From: Piedraia hortae CBS 480.64
Taxonomy: Eukaryota
Assembly (NCBI GenBank): GCA_010093745.1
Contig: MU005966.1
Span: forward strand, 193,628-257,627
Direction: 5' to 3'
DNA: 64,000 nt
Each line of letters opens with the position of its first letter. The stretch's first letter is position 1. The position numbers were made by a program, and so were the translations under genes. Under the pieces are notes generated by a model. That model saw only the letters and a program-made list of their open reading frames with translations. It was not told the origin of the DNA and did not search any database. Of this stretch, positions 11,130-23,712 are shown one piece after another.

Positions 11130-11847
11130 GGCAAGATGTTTTGCTATCAAACACAAACTGCTTTGTTAGCAATGTGCGAGCGCTGGAACACAACTGCAGG
11201 AAGGCGTACCGAGTGATTCACAACTACCGGTCCAAATAGCACAATTTACTATCCAACTTCTTTCACATCTACCTCTGCACCTTCAACGAGGTCAGTTGAC
11301 GGGAAAAAGTATGTCAATCCTGGAAGGAAAAAAAAAGAGGAAGAGCAACAGATGCCAAATCTCAAAGGGGAGAAACAAACAAGCGCTGCAGAGCTACTTG
11401 GTTGGAGAGAAGAGAAGGGGAATTGTACAAAAGTCCGAGATTGTAATGGGGGAAGGGGGATGTGACACAGTTCCCGGAGGAATTTAATGAAGCCTGGGCC
11501 CAAAGTAGACTAGCGCCCTAGGGCAGCTGGCCAAGAACATGCATGCGCTAGCTGTTTCGAGGCCTGCATACATGAATGACGCTCTTTTACATATGTCGTT
11601 TCCACGTGGAGGTCTTCGGAGCGGAACCCGCCGGAAATGTCGGCGTAGATCATTCTCTGCGGCAACCATGCACGAATCAGACGCCATTGGTGCCTGACAT
11701 GACGTCCGATGATGAAAGTCCACGGCGGACTGCCCGTGGCTAACCAAACAAAGTTCGAAACAACGTTCGGTAAAGGCCGTTCATCCAGATAGATTGCAAT
11801 ATATATGATATTCTTCTAGTGTACATTCTATGATCCTTCTATTTAAT

Positions 11848-13689
11848 CTACGTTGGCCTCAGCAACGGATGCGCCTCCGTGTTCCTGCAAACGTCATTAG
11901 TAATGGTCCGGCGAACGACTTCGGCTACTTACAGCACGTATTTGTCCAGGCTTACGACGCTTGGCTCACTGAAGATGAGGTAAAAGTACTTCAAAGTCTC
12001 CGCCGTCCAGAAACTCTCCATGGTGTCAAGCAATTGGACATGGTGCGCTTCCCTTACGTCTGCGATTCCCGCATAGGCAATATCCGTTTTGGCAACGCGG
12101 TTGATTGATCTGAACATGTTCCACGCCTTTTCCTGCAGGTCTCGATCCCCGGTGACTCTGTACAGCACAAAGAGCGATTCGATTGCCTCTGGTCTGAGCA
12201 GATATCGAGAGTCTGGGATATCAAGGAAGCCTGGCGCAAGTTCTTTTTCCATAATGACCTTTTGCGCTACGTCGCGAGCAGGACTATGTTGGCCCGAGTG
12301 TTTGGCAACAGCTTCATGCCATTGACCTTCTGACCACGAGCAGTTTAGCTGATCGCATGATGCAACAACGAATGCTTCTGGCATGATACCGGTTGGCATG
12401 CTGTTGTAAGCCCATATACAACCATCAAGAAGCTGACGCGCAACTTCTAAGTCTTGGGGCTGTTCAAAAGCACGGGCAGCGAGAGCTACCATGCCGCCGG
12501 AAAAGCAGGTCAAGTGTTCTCCCTCGGTCAAGAACTCTATACGCACGGCGGAGTGGCGTCTCAGCGTTCCCGGGATAAGCAGAGACTGGTTGTCGGGATT
12601 CAGAGGCTGGAAAAAGAGGTGTTCCTTGGCAGCTCTGAGCGCATTGTTGTACATGTCGCGATACTGATCGCTCTGGCCTCCGAGTAAGAGATGCTGCTTG
12701 GGCAAGTACTCGTATAAGCTATCAGCCATACCGCCCAGAGTAAAGACAATATCAGCTCTAAAGTCCTTCTGCCGGGTATTGATCTTCCTCGGGAACAAAC
12801 CAGGAATCTTGGTCTTGTTCTGTTGCTCCTGGAAGGCGTCTGTGATGCGTGCAATTGCATCATACCATTTGCTGTCACCAGTCAACTGCGACAGGCGCGT
12901 AAACTCGAGCGAAAGGGACCCAACTTCTGCAAGTAAAGAAACAGTAGACGACTCTTGAAAGCCCCCCAGAGCTGTGTTCTTCCAATCCCAGCGAGTGACG
13001 GGCATTCGGTTCGGTGTGTCAAATGCGTGATATAGCATATCCCCCAGCTCCATGGCCTTTTCTAGCAAGATGGGAAACTGCTGTCCACTAATATCGTATG
13101 CAGACAACAAGCCTCCGACATGGCGAATTGTAGTTTCAAAGATGTTGATCTCATCAGCAAGAGTCATGCTAAAATCAATCTTTCGAAGCTCTTTGAGCCC
13201 CCTCTTGAACTCCTTTTCGAGTCCCATAATCCAGAGAGTGTCGAGAGAGTCGACCAGGGTTGTTGCCCATCCACCGTAGCCATTATTGACCTTGCCAGAG
13301 ACTGGAGCAACTTCATCATGCAGCCAAGCGTATCGTTTATAGCCATGCCAACTGTGCAGCAGAGCTTCCTTTACCGCAGCCAGCCGCTTTAGCTTCTTCA
13401 ACTTTTGCTCTTGCGTTTCAGGGCCAAATTCATGCTGTATCTTTGGTATTCGACCGTATGGTCCCGTGGGCAAAGGCCGCACTTCATCAACAGCATGTCT
13501 CTGCGGTAGACTGCGCCAACTGAACTTCCTCCTGCCAAAGAAACTGGAACGCCCAGTAGACTTCAAAATTAGCGCAAGCCGTTCGTCGCGACACGTTGCG
13601 CATTGTGATCTTGAAATGGGAGAGAATGACAGAAAAAGGAGAGTCAGAATTGCGAAAACCACAAAAAGGAAGCGGCGCCGCAGCGCCAT
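11848..13689 (-). CDS. Class I alpha-1,2-mannosidase (GH47)
   Basis: N-terminal signal anchor; motifs TLVDSLDTLWIMG, FETTIR, ADSLYEY, YLLRPEAIES, ESFWTAETLKY. Intron 11885-11932 restores the terminal NTEAHP motif; stop at 11850-11848. Confidence 0.93.
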
Positions 13690-13875
13690 GGTCGAGAAGA
13701 GAAAGGAGACATGATCACGCTGGCCTATTCTACAGAGTGCTAGGATGAGCGCCCGGTCCTGGAGCTAATGCTGGTTCAAAGTCAAAAGGGACTGGCTTGA
13801 CTTGGACGTTTGACACTTTCCTCTCTCTCCAGGAACACGAAACTATATAACGTCATCGGGTTTTAAAAATAAACA

Positions 13876-15535
13876 ATGGCTGAACCTCATCCAAGTCTGG
13901 GCGAGTGCGCAGTGGTAGCAACGGCGTTTAAAGTGCTGCTCTATCCAGCGTAGTATGGGTTTCGCCCACCGTGTCATTTTTGATCAACTAACTCAGGATA
14001 CAGCAAATCTACAGATTTCGAAGTTCACCGCAACTGGCTTGCCATTGCCCACTCTTTACCGTTAAGGGAATGGTATTACGAGAAAACGTCAGAATGGACT
14101 CTCGACTATCCGCCTTTTTTCGCCTATTTCGAATGGCTACTGTCACAGGCCGCAGCGCTGGTGGACAGCGAGATGCTGCAAATTAAGAATCTCAATTATG
14201 ACAGCTGGCAGACGATTTACTTTCAGAGAACGACTGTCCTTGTGACTGAGTTTGTATTGTTATATGCTCTGCATCGGTTAATCCAGACAAGTCCCGAGAG
14301 CGATAAAAGACGGAGCAATGCAGTTGCTCTGACCATCTTCTTCAGCCCGGGTTTACTGATCATTGACCACTTGCATTTCCAGTACAACGGATTTCTCTAT
14401 GGGATATTGATCCTATCCATCGTAATGGCACGCAGGCCGTCGGGATGCTTGGCCAGTGGAATCATTTTTGCTGCGTTGTTGTGCTTCAAGCATATCTACC
14501 TCTACCTGGCACCAACCTATTTTGTCTTCTTGTTACGGACATATTGCTTGGACATGTCGTACTTCAGGGTGCGGTTCAACAATTGCATCAAACTGGGACT
14601 TGGAATTGCCCTGGTGGCTGCGTTGGCATTTGGCCCGTTTTTGTACCTGGGTCAGATGGACCAAGTGCTCAAAAGAATGTTTCCGTTTTCCAGAGGCCTG
14701 TGTCATGCTTATTGGGCGCCAAACGTGTGGGCCATGTATTCCTTTTGCGACAGAGTTTTGCTCCATGGTAAGCCTGCTGTGTCGTCCTGAGTAACAGAAT
14801 GGCTAACCATGCAGCTGCTTCTTATCTTAAATTATCTGTGAAAGCTGAAGCTGTCAAAAGCGTCACAAGAGGACTGGTAGGGGACTCGAGTTTTGCGGTG
14901 CTACCGGACATTACGCCGAAGATGACCTTTATCTTGACGCTTATCGCGCAATCCCCTGGGCTCGTGGGGCTTTTTCTCTACCCAACATGGGACAATTTTG
15001 TTGGCACTCTAACCGTGTGTGGCTACGCTTCGTTCTTATTTGGCTGGCATGTCCATGAAAAGGCAATTTTGCTGGTCCTCATCCCGTTCAGTCTAATCGC
15101 CATCAAAGACAGGCGTTTTCTCGCAGCTTTTCGCCCACTCGCCGTCAGTGGACATGTCAGCCTGTTTCCTTTGCTTTTCACGTCCATGGAATTTCCGCTC
15201 AAATTCATTTACACCATAACATGGCTGATTATAACTTTGACGGTGTTTGATGGGCTCGCCCCTCCGTAAGTTTGGGAAACCTCTTTTTTGTGGTTTTTCT
15301 GACAGATAACAGGCCGACGAAAGAGAGAATCTTTCTTCTAGACCGTTTTGCCGTGCTCTACATTGTTTTATCGATCCCCCTGGTCGCTTACTGTTCTCTG
15401 GTTCATCAGCTGGTGTTTGGCGACATGTATGAGTTCATACCACTCATGTTCATCAGCTCTTACTCGGCGGTGGGTGTGATTGGGAGCTGGGTCGGGTTCA
15501 TGGTTGTGTTCTTAACATCAATGTATAATCTATAA
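13876..15535 (+). CDS. ALG8: Dolichyl-P-Glc alpha-1,3-glucosyltransferase Alg8
   Basis: [61 protein letters not shown]. Introns 13953-14003, 14768-14814 and 15266-15312 all join in frame. Confidence 0.95.
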
Positions 15536-16110
15536 GTAATATTGTGGCTGCTGTTCTCTAGAGTAACTATATATGGACTCGATAGTGGCCGAATTAAACT
15601 GCCCTCGACGAGCTCTCCAAAACGAGCCCAAATAGGTGGATGTTTGGGTAAGATTCAAGGACTGGGCAGATGACTAGGGCTGGTAAGTGACGGAGAGTCA
15701 AGGAACGGAGGCGGGAGAGGCTGCTGGTCAACGGCGGGCCGAGCCGCAGCCCTGGGATTAGAGATAGAACGCTACTGACCACGGCCACACAAGATGCCGG
15801 TCTTTGTTCCCCAATCCTCTTCTTTTCCTACACCCACCTTGGGTCCAGCAGGCCATTTACGTTATACGTCAACATCGACAGCGCGCTTGTCACCGCATAC
15901 CCGGAACCTTTCCTGTGACGTGCTCTAGCGCGTTTGTTTCTACCCGTTGCCCCAGCTTTGGACCCCCATTGCACCGTTTCTTCCCTGTGGCGTGTCCCCG
16001 GCGCGTCACATTTCTGCCAAACAAGTCGTGATCGCCAGCGTCCCCTCTTTCAACGCGCTTGACAACACACTTGAACAGCAACAGTAGCATTAACCTACAT
16101 CGCATTCAGA

Positions 16111-18994
16111 ATGGTACAGGACAGAGGAACCACGACTGGAAACATGGCTAACAGAGGCGAGGTGCTGCACAACCATAAACCGGTCAAGATATATACGGCG
16201 CCTTCAAACCTCCCAAATGATGCCGAAGCAAGTCATCGCCATAATATATCCGAACCTTAAGCTAACTGTGTCTTGAGGTTTTTGTCATGCCCGGGACCGA
16301 TGAGGTCTTTGGCGACTACGAACAGTACCTCAAAAGGTGAGCCGGGCTGAAACATTACAAACGTTTGCTGACCTTTATTAGATTTAGCACACTATCACAG
16401 GCACGTAGCCAGATCTTTGGGAAATTCTGGAGCTAACAATGAGCAGAAGCAGTATGAGGATGAGGTTCATGGCATCACCGGCCTCAGCTACATGGATGCA
16501 CTCCGATCAGAGGTAAGTATATACAAACGAGTTTGTTCTTCTGAAATCTAACGTCTGTGCAGTCGCAAAGCTCGCCCTCTCAGGTGAATGCGTTCCCATC
16601 ACAGCTGCGTGAGGCCATCTTACGCAATGCTCAATTTTCCACCCTTGAGCTCGACCAGCTGGGTATGCAAACACTGGTTTGACGAACGACTCATGGCTGA
16701 CTGAAGTAGTTGATCATTTGTACAAGGAACACAAGCATGACTTCTTCCCTGGCGAAGAAGTATATGTCACAGACAAGAATGGCATTGAGAGGGAAGCCGT
16801 GGTTCGCGAAAAGGTCGCGTTCCCCGTGATCCGTGGCGAAGGAGGCAAGGTCATACGGCCCGCCTCTGCCAGATACATGGTCAAAATGTGTCCCGGGGAT
16901 GAGGAGGGCCTTATGCTGAGCCCACAAGTCAAACGATTCCAGAATGTGTTTTCGAAAACGGCCTTGAAGGCCTTTTTGAGACATGCTCTGTGGCGGGAGA
17001 GCTGGAGAGGTGCACCGTGGATGGTCAAGCACAACATTGCTCTCTATCACCGTCTGCCTATGCAAATTCCGCAACACCTCCTAGAGAACGCCAAGGTGCG
17101 GGCGGCCGAGCATGACATGCTCGCCCGCCTAGCAAAGGGTCAGAAAATTTCCAAGGCGGCGTTGGCCAAGCAAAGATTAGAAGGGTCGTCGGTGCCCAAA
17201 CACACTCAAATGCCCCTAAAGTATCCCGCCGAAGATCTTGACGTGCTGCCGAAGAAGAGCAATCTTCGTCGTCCCGAGTTGAAGTTCTTCACTGACGAGC
17301 AAAAGAAGCAGATTGCCAATGGCCGTCGCCAGCCTGCTGCTGGTATCCTAATGCAGTCGATGGGCATGATGCTGGAGATATGGAACACTCTAAACGTGCA
17401 GTGCGAGGCATATGTGCTTGACAGCTTCACATTCGACGACTTTGTAGATGCGATGAAATACAAAGAGATCGATCCGCCCTGCGAATTGCTGGATGAGATG
17501 CACTGCGCCGTGTTAACGCAGCTGGTGGATAGGAACAACAAGATTCAGGTAGTAAAGGGCTATCTGGACCGGGAAGTTGTGGAGGAGGACAGCGGCAGTG
17601 GCACCTCGTCGGAGGAGAGCGAAGAGTACAGGCCTGACAATGTTCCAGCTAAGTCTACCCGAAGCAAGGTGAGCCAGGCAGTTGAGTTGCGCACGGAAAA
17701 GGTGCACAGCGCGGCCGAGATGCTGAAAGGCGGCCGCGGATGGAAGTCGAGGCTGGCGGCGCGAGACTTTGAAGATGGCGGATGGCAGCTGATTCTCGTC
17801 GGGCTATTGCACCAACTGTCTGCCAATGCAAATTTTACCGATAGCTGCAACCGCATCCTCGCCCAGCTTGCGCCACCCAATGCCAACTATGACGAAGACA
17901 CTGCCGAGACGCTATATGCTCAGCTGGACATTAATCTACGCGTGCAGGCGCTGCAAATCATCACGCAGCTGTCAGTCACCACGGCGGGCGTCAAGGGGTT
18001 CTTGGAACAGTGCAGCGAAGACATGACGGAGGTTAGAAAGCGCAAAGTGGAGCATCAGCGGGAGCGAAAGGTTCATGTGGAGGCAGTCCATGCCAAGGAG
18101 AAGGAACTCAAAGCTCTACGTAATGCGAAGCCAAAGAAGGTCCCCACCCCCCCGACAGAGCCAGCAGCCGAAGAATCAGCGTCAGAAGAAGACCCGCCCG
18201 CCACCAAGCGGCGTCAGAGCATACGGAAACGCAAACGTGACGAGGAAGCGGAGAGAGAAGGAAGCAAAGAAGCCAAATCCCAAGCGGCAAAAGCGAAACA
18301 GATGAAGAAACTGGAAACTGAAATCGAAAAACTCCAGGCCGAAATCCGCGAGTGCGAAAAGGAAATCGATTTCTGCGACCGCGACCTTCGCGAGGCCAAC
18401 GTCCAACGCACCAAAGTGCTTGGCAAAGACCGCTTCTGCAACCGCTACTACTGGTTCGAGCGCAACGGACAGCCCTACGCCGGGTCATCGACGTCTAGCA
18501 CGGCAGACCACGGCTACGTCAATGGCAGACTCTGGGTCCAGGGTCCCGATGAAATGGAAGTCCAAGGCCTGATTGACCTTCAAGGCGCAGCAGCCCAAGA
18601 ATACTTCCAAACCTTTGGCAAAACACCCCGAGCGAGGAGGGAAGAAGAAGAAGGGCCTCTCTACCTCGAAAACGCATCCGAATGGGCCTATTACGATGAT
18701 CCAGACTCCATCACAGAGCTAATGGCTTGGCTGAACGAAAGAGGCGAACGGGAGAAGAAACTCCACAGAGAACTCTTCCTCTGGAAGGATACCATTGCGA
18801 CTTATATGACTGCTTTGAAGGAATACCGTGACCAGAACCCCCCGTCGGATGAACAGAGGTGTCCTTCCTGGACGAATAAACTGGCGATTATCGAAAATGG
18901 TCATGTACATTCCCGTCCAGAGACGAAAAAGGCTCTGCCAAAGGGGAAGAAGAGGGGCGGGGGAATCGCAAGAAGTGTTAGGGGGAGGAAGTGA
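16111..18994 (+). CDS. ITC1: ISW2 complex subunit Itc1 (WAC, DDT and WHIM domains)
   Basis: WAC domain reconstructed across six introns (16114-16161, 16228-16277, 16337-16381, 16401-16446, 16513-16562, 16663-16709); DDT motif (LEIWNTLNVQCEAYVLDSFTFDDF); WHIM motifs (LGKDRFCNRYYWF; LMAWLNERGEREKKL). Confidence 0.88.
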
Positions 18995-19092
18995 TTCGTT
19001 AGTTTATCCATACCCATACCCATACTCTTACCATATCCATACTCTTGACATTTATTTTCTTCAACATCCATACTCTAAAACAGTGAAGCTAT

Positions 19093-20199
19093 CTATCCCG
19101 GTGCAGCGAGGTTTTTCCTCCCCTCCAATCTATTCCCCACCGGCACCGTCCCAAACGGCAACCCCCTCGACCCCGCCGAAAAAATATTTGCCCCCGCCAA
19201 CATCGCCCTAATTCTATTATGCTGCGCCCTCTGCCCCGCCCTAATCGGCTGATGTACATAAACCGGCCTCCCACCCCACCTCGACGCCAAAATATTCATA
19301 ATCGTCTCCGTCTCCTGATCCTCATCCACGGGTCCTCTATCCCGTTCCCTCTCCTCCTCCGGATCCGGTGCGTTAGCGTCAATCGCCGCTTTTGTAAGCT
19401 TCGCTTGGTTTTTACGCTGGTATTCCATGAGGAGTTTATCGTAGGGCGCGGAGCGGCCTGGTACTGAGCGCTTCGCGCCCATGGAGTGGCTTTTACAGGT
19501 TAGGGAGCGGGCGCATTGGCCTCCATTGGGGAGCTCGACGCCGCATTGTTTTTCCACGTCGACGGGGGCTTTGACTTTGGTGGGTTTCGTGGGTTTAGAG
19601 GCTGCGGGTTCGAGTTTTTTGGATTTTTTCTTCTTGCTGCCGCCGCCTTCGGCGGTGGAGTCGTCTAGGCGGCGTTTTTTGCTGGATGTTGTTGTTGTGG
19701 TGGTGGTGGTGGGTTCTTTGAGGGTTGCGTCGCGTGCGTCACGGGCTTCTTTCTTTTTGCGTTGTTTTTCTTGCTTTTTGTTGAGACAGTCGCCGATGTG
19801 GGCCTTCATGTAGTAGTGTAGGACGGGACGCTTGCAGTGCGTGCATTTTAGGGTGCGGAGTTCGTCCGTCATTGGGTAGCCCGCTGGGAAGGCGGGGATG
19901 ATGATTTTTGGGAGGGCTTTGGAGTGAGTGGTTGATTGGGTCATGGTGGTGGGTGCTGAGGGTTTGGTGAGGGTCTTGGTGTGCCAGAATCCGGGCCGCT
20001 CTAGGGTTGGGAGAGCGACTGAGTCGGAGAGTTGGGGTTGTGGTTCCATTGGCCAGGTGGAGACTGCGGTTTCTAAGGATCGAGGGGGTGTCATGCTTAA
20101 CGATGGGGCGGATTTTCCTGGAGCTGTGCGTGGTTAGGTAAATATAGGCTTTGAGGGTGTTGATATACCTTTGCGGCTGACGCTGCTGGGAGGTGCCAT
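19093..20199 (-). CDS. SGF73: SAGA deubiquitination-module subunit Sgf73 (ataxin-7/SCA7 domain)
   Basis: CTHCKRP...HIGDC zinc finger and SCA7 domain VDVEKQCGV...CARSLTCKSHSMGAKRSVPGRS. ATG 20199 with intron 20124-20168 in frame. Confidence 0.92.
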
Positions 20200-20368
20200 G
20201 GCGTATATAAGGCTGAGCGTCTGCTGCGTGCTGACGGCGTGCGTGTCAAGGTGACGTCTGCTGAGCCCCTGCATTACGTAATGTTGCTAGCTCAAAGCAG
20301 TCTAGCTCTGACCGAAAACAGCCTAGCTCTGTTCGGAACAACCTCCGCCGCAACGGTCGACCAGCGAC

Positions 20369-23191
20369 ATGGCCTCGACGTTTCAACTCCTCAAGCCAAG
20401 CTGTGTAGCCCTCAGTGAAGCCTCCCTCTCCCTTTTCGGCGCTCGCCCCGACGTTCGCGCTGTTGAGGCGTGCCTGAAAACTCTGCATAGCACTTTGCTC
20501 GGAGAAGACGTCCAGCTAAACCCAAGGTTGGCAGAGTACGTTTTCGTTCCTATAAGCCGTGTTCTTAAAACCAGTGAAAAGGTCTCAGTCGCCGCTTTAG
20601 AACAATGCCTCTGCATTATTGCCATATTGGTAGAGCGAGGATGGGGAGACCAGGTTGCTTCGCCGTTGGTTGTACAGCTAGGTATCATGTGTACAATCCT
20701 GGGTGAAAAGGAGCAGCTCCAGGAATCGGCGTATCAAACGCTGCGTATTTTATTCCAAGTTCAAGGTGCTGCCTTCGCTGATGGTGGGAATATCCACCAC
20801 TTGAGCGGGATAGTCGTCTTGCTTATCGATGGCATACATGGAAAGAATCCGCAGAGTAGAGCCACTGCTTTGAATGCGTTGAAAGCTTGTTTAGAGTCTC
20901 TTCCAAGAGGCGATCTCTGGATTCAGTTCCTGCCGGGCGTGGTTTCGGCTTTGTTCAAGGTGCTGATACCAAACACGGGGAACAGATATGGGTCCAAGAT
21001 GTTGGTTGGGGCACTGGAGGTTTTGAAGGAAGTTTTGACTCTGTCGGTTCCAAAAATTGAGAGCAACGAGGCATCAGGGCAAATTTACAATGGCTTCAGA
21101 GGAGTTGTAAGATTAAAAATTCATGAGCGAGGAAATGTCAGAGGAGCCCTTGCAGAGCTATGTTCTGTTGTTCTTGGCTTGGAAAACCTCAAGGCTTGCA
21201 CGCCCTTGGCTGTCGAGACTCTGCTTGAACTGGCGGTAAATACTGATGATGTTGAGCAAAAATTAAATCCCTTCAGCAACATTCTGCAGTCAATCTTATA
21301 CGAAAAGGTGGAAAAACTTCCAGCCATCATAGCCGGTGCCGATGACCAGAAGAAAATCATTACATTACAACAAATCGCCGTGGGTTATGGCTTAATCTAC
21401 GACGACAAAAGCACACTAGACGTTGCCCTAGCCAATGCATTACAAGACAGCGTAAACACCACCCTATCCGCAGCCCCCTCACTTTTGATCCAAGACGAAA
21501 CCTCCCTCGTTCACACCAAAGGCCAAAAGGACGTCCTCTCCGCAATCGAATCTCTCCTCCAAAAGATCCACAGCCCAACCCTCACAATACAACTCTCCGA
21601 ACGTTTAGAACCCTCCAACCCCGAACTCGCCCCCTTCTGGCTCTTACTAACCGCCAACGAACTCACCCCAACCACCCCCATGGACGAAATCTACTCCCTC
21701 TCCCTATCATTACTCACATCTCCCACCCCACCCACCGAACGCCTCCAATCCCTCGCCCTCCGCGCCCTCTCCCACCAAGCAACACTCACCGGCCGTCCCT
21801 TCCGCCTCACACTAATCGACACATTATACCCAGTCCTGCACACCCTTGCCACTCCCTCCGCAACCCTCCAAACCGCAAGCCTGCAGACCCTAGACACATT
21901 CACCTCCGCATGTGAATACCCCAACCCCGCGGCCCTAATCCTCGATAACGTAGACTACCTCACCAATGCCATTGCCCTAAAACTAGGCTCCTTCGACCTA
22001 AGACCCCAAACCCCACAGGTTCTGATATGGATGTTGCGACTCACGGGCGCAGCGCTTGTGCCGTATCTTGGGGATGTTGTTGAAAGTATTTCTGTCGCGT
22101 TGGAGATGTTTCATGGGTATCCGGCGCTTGTGGAGGTGCTGTTTGCGGTGTTGAGGGGTGTTGTTGAGGCCGGGAGTACTTTCGACGAAGCAGGAAGGGG
22201 GGATAGGCTCCTCCCTTACAGCTCAGAAAGGATGGGGATTTCCGCGGTAGCGGCTTTCTTGGTGGAGAGGAGGGCAGAGTTTAACTCCGAGCAGGGTGGG
22301 AGGGAGAGGGCGCCGCAGAGGCCGTGGAAGGATCTTGCTGAAGACGGAGGCGAAGGCAAATATCTCGCCGAAGATCGCTCTGACGTCGAAGACGAAGACC
22401 AAGACGAAGAATCCTCTCCCCCGGAGGAAGCCCCACCAGAAAAGTCTCAAACCTTTAAAACCCTCCTCAAAATCTCTTCCCTAACGAAATATTTCCTCCC
22501 TTCTCATTCGCCCTCGCTGAGGGGAGAGATTCTCTCCCTCCTCCTCTCCTCCATCCCCGCTTTGGCAAGGGATGAGGATTCGTTCCTCCCGCTTGTTAAC
22601 GACCTTTGGCCGGGGGTTGTACACAGGTTGAGGGATCCGGAGGTCAATGTTAGGATACTGGCGTGGGGGGTTGTTGGAGCGTTTGCACGAGAGGCGGGCA
22701 GCTTTTTGAGGGAGAGAGTACAGGGGATTTGGGGGGATGTTAGAGCTGTTTGGGGGGAGGTGGGGATGCGGGGGGATGTCCCGCCTAGAGGACTGGAAGG
22801 AGGAGGAGGGAAGGGGGTTTTGATCCCTGTGACAGATCAAGGGGACAGTGAGGTTGCTTCGCGGACGGAAACGAATGAGAGAAAAATCACTCTCCACCCC
22901 AATGATGGCATCGCTTCGCAGGGGACTGATGTCTCCTACCAAAGCCGCCCCTTGGGCTTACTCCGTGAGGCTGTCAAGGATGCGGTTCTTTCTATTGTGG
23001 AATATGCTACGGTTCCGCCTGAGGCCTTTGATGATGTGTTGTTTTGGTTGAGAGCGGAGATTGGGATGGGGGAGGAGAGGACGATGAAGATTTTGGAGAG
23101 GGAGAATGATGATGCGGTTTGGTTGACTAGGTATAAGATGGGGTTGGAGGGGGAAATAGATAATAGGGGAGATGGAGTGGTTGTGGTTTGA
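20369..23191 (+). CDS. TTI1: Tel2-interacting protein 1 (TTT complex), HEAT-repeat protein
   Basis: 940-aa helical ORF with FQLLKPSCVALS, LAEYVFVPI, FLPGVVSAL, LILDNVDYLTNAI and FLPLVNDLWP motifs typical of fungal Tti1. Confidence 0.85.
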   Translation: MASTFQLLKPSCVALSEASLSLFGARPDVRAVEACLKTLHSTLLGEDVQLNPRLAEYVFVPISRVLKTSEKVSVAALEQCLCIIAILVERGWGDQVASPLVVQLGIMCTILGEKEQLQESAYQTLRILFQVQGAAFADGGNIHHLSGIVVLLIDGIHGKNPQSRATALNALKACLESLPRGDLWIQFLPGVVSALFKVLIPNTGNRYGSKMLVGALEVLKEVLTLSVPKIESNEASGQIYNGFRGVVRLKIHERGNVRGALAELCSVVLGLENLKACTPLAVETLLELAVNTDDVEQKLNPFSNILQSILYEKVEKLPAIIAGADDQKKIITLQQIAVGYGLIYDDKSTLDVALANALQDSVNTTLSAAPSLLIQDETSLVHTKGQKDVLSAIESLLQKIHSPTLTIQLSERLEPSNPELAPFWLLLTANELTPTTPMDEIYSLSLSLLTSPTPPTERLQSLALRALSHQATLTGRPFRLTLIDTLYPVLHTLATPSATLQTASLQTLDTFTSACEYPNPAALILDNVDYLTNAIALKLGSFDLRPQTPQVLIWMLRLTGAALVPYLGDVVESISVALEMFHGYPALVEVLFAVLRGVVEAGSTFDEAGRGDRLLPYSSERMGISAVAAFLVERRAEFNSEQGGRERAPQRPWKDLAEDGGEGKYLAEDRSDVEDEDQDEESSPPEEAPPEKSQTFKTLLKISSLTKYFLPSHSPSLRGEILSLLLSSIPALARDEDSFLPLVNDLWPGVVHRLRDPEVNVRILAWGVVGAFAREAGSFLRERVQGIWGDVRAVWGEVGMRGDVPPRGLEGGGGKGVLIPVTDQGDSEVASRTETNERKITLHPNDGIASQGTDVSYQSRPLGLLREAVKDAVLSIVEYATVPPEAFDDVLFWLRAEIGMGEERTMKILERENDDAVWLTRYKMGLEGEIDNRGDGVVVV

Positions 23192-23712
23192 TAAGAAGGG
23201 GAAGTAGTTGACGGAATGAGTCTGATGTCCAAGCTGGATGTTTTTGTACTGCGATGGGGAAACCTTTCGAGGAGAGTCGATGGGGTCGAGAAAGAGAAGC
23301 GAATGATTGACTGTACCAAAGTCGATGTTTTCTTTGTGATTGTGCATACGACGCAAACCCTGTGTACGCCGAGAAGCCGCAGAAGGTAAGAGTGGCAGAT
23401 TCCATCCTTTGAATGCTTTTCGTTCGAGCAGAATCATTCACGTTGAAGCATGGTCCTAATCGATTTGGATGGAAAGGAGGGAAGACGACTGCGACAGAAC
23501 GCTTAACGATAAGCTGTGATTGATTTTTTTTATGTGCTCTACCTGATTGACTTACATCTCATTTCGTTCTTGAGTTTCTGTTGGATTACTGCGTTGTCTT
23601 CGCTTCAATCATTATCGTTATGTTGGGTCACAAGGAAACAGTCGAACATTCTTACGGAGATTGATGCCTTGTTGGGTGGACATACGATAAAATTGCAATC
23701 AACGATGAGATA

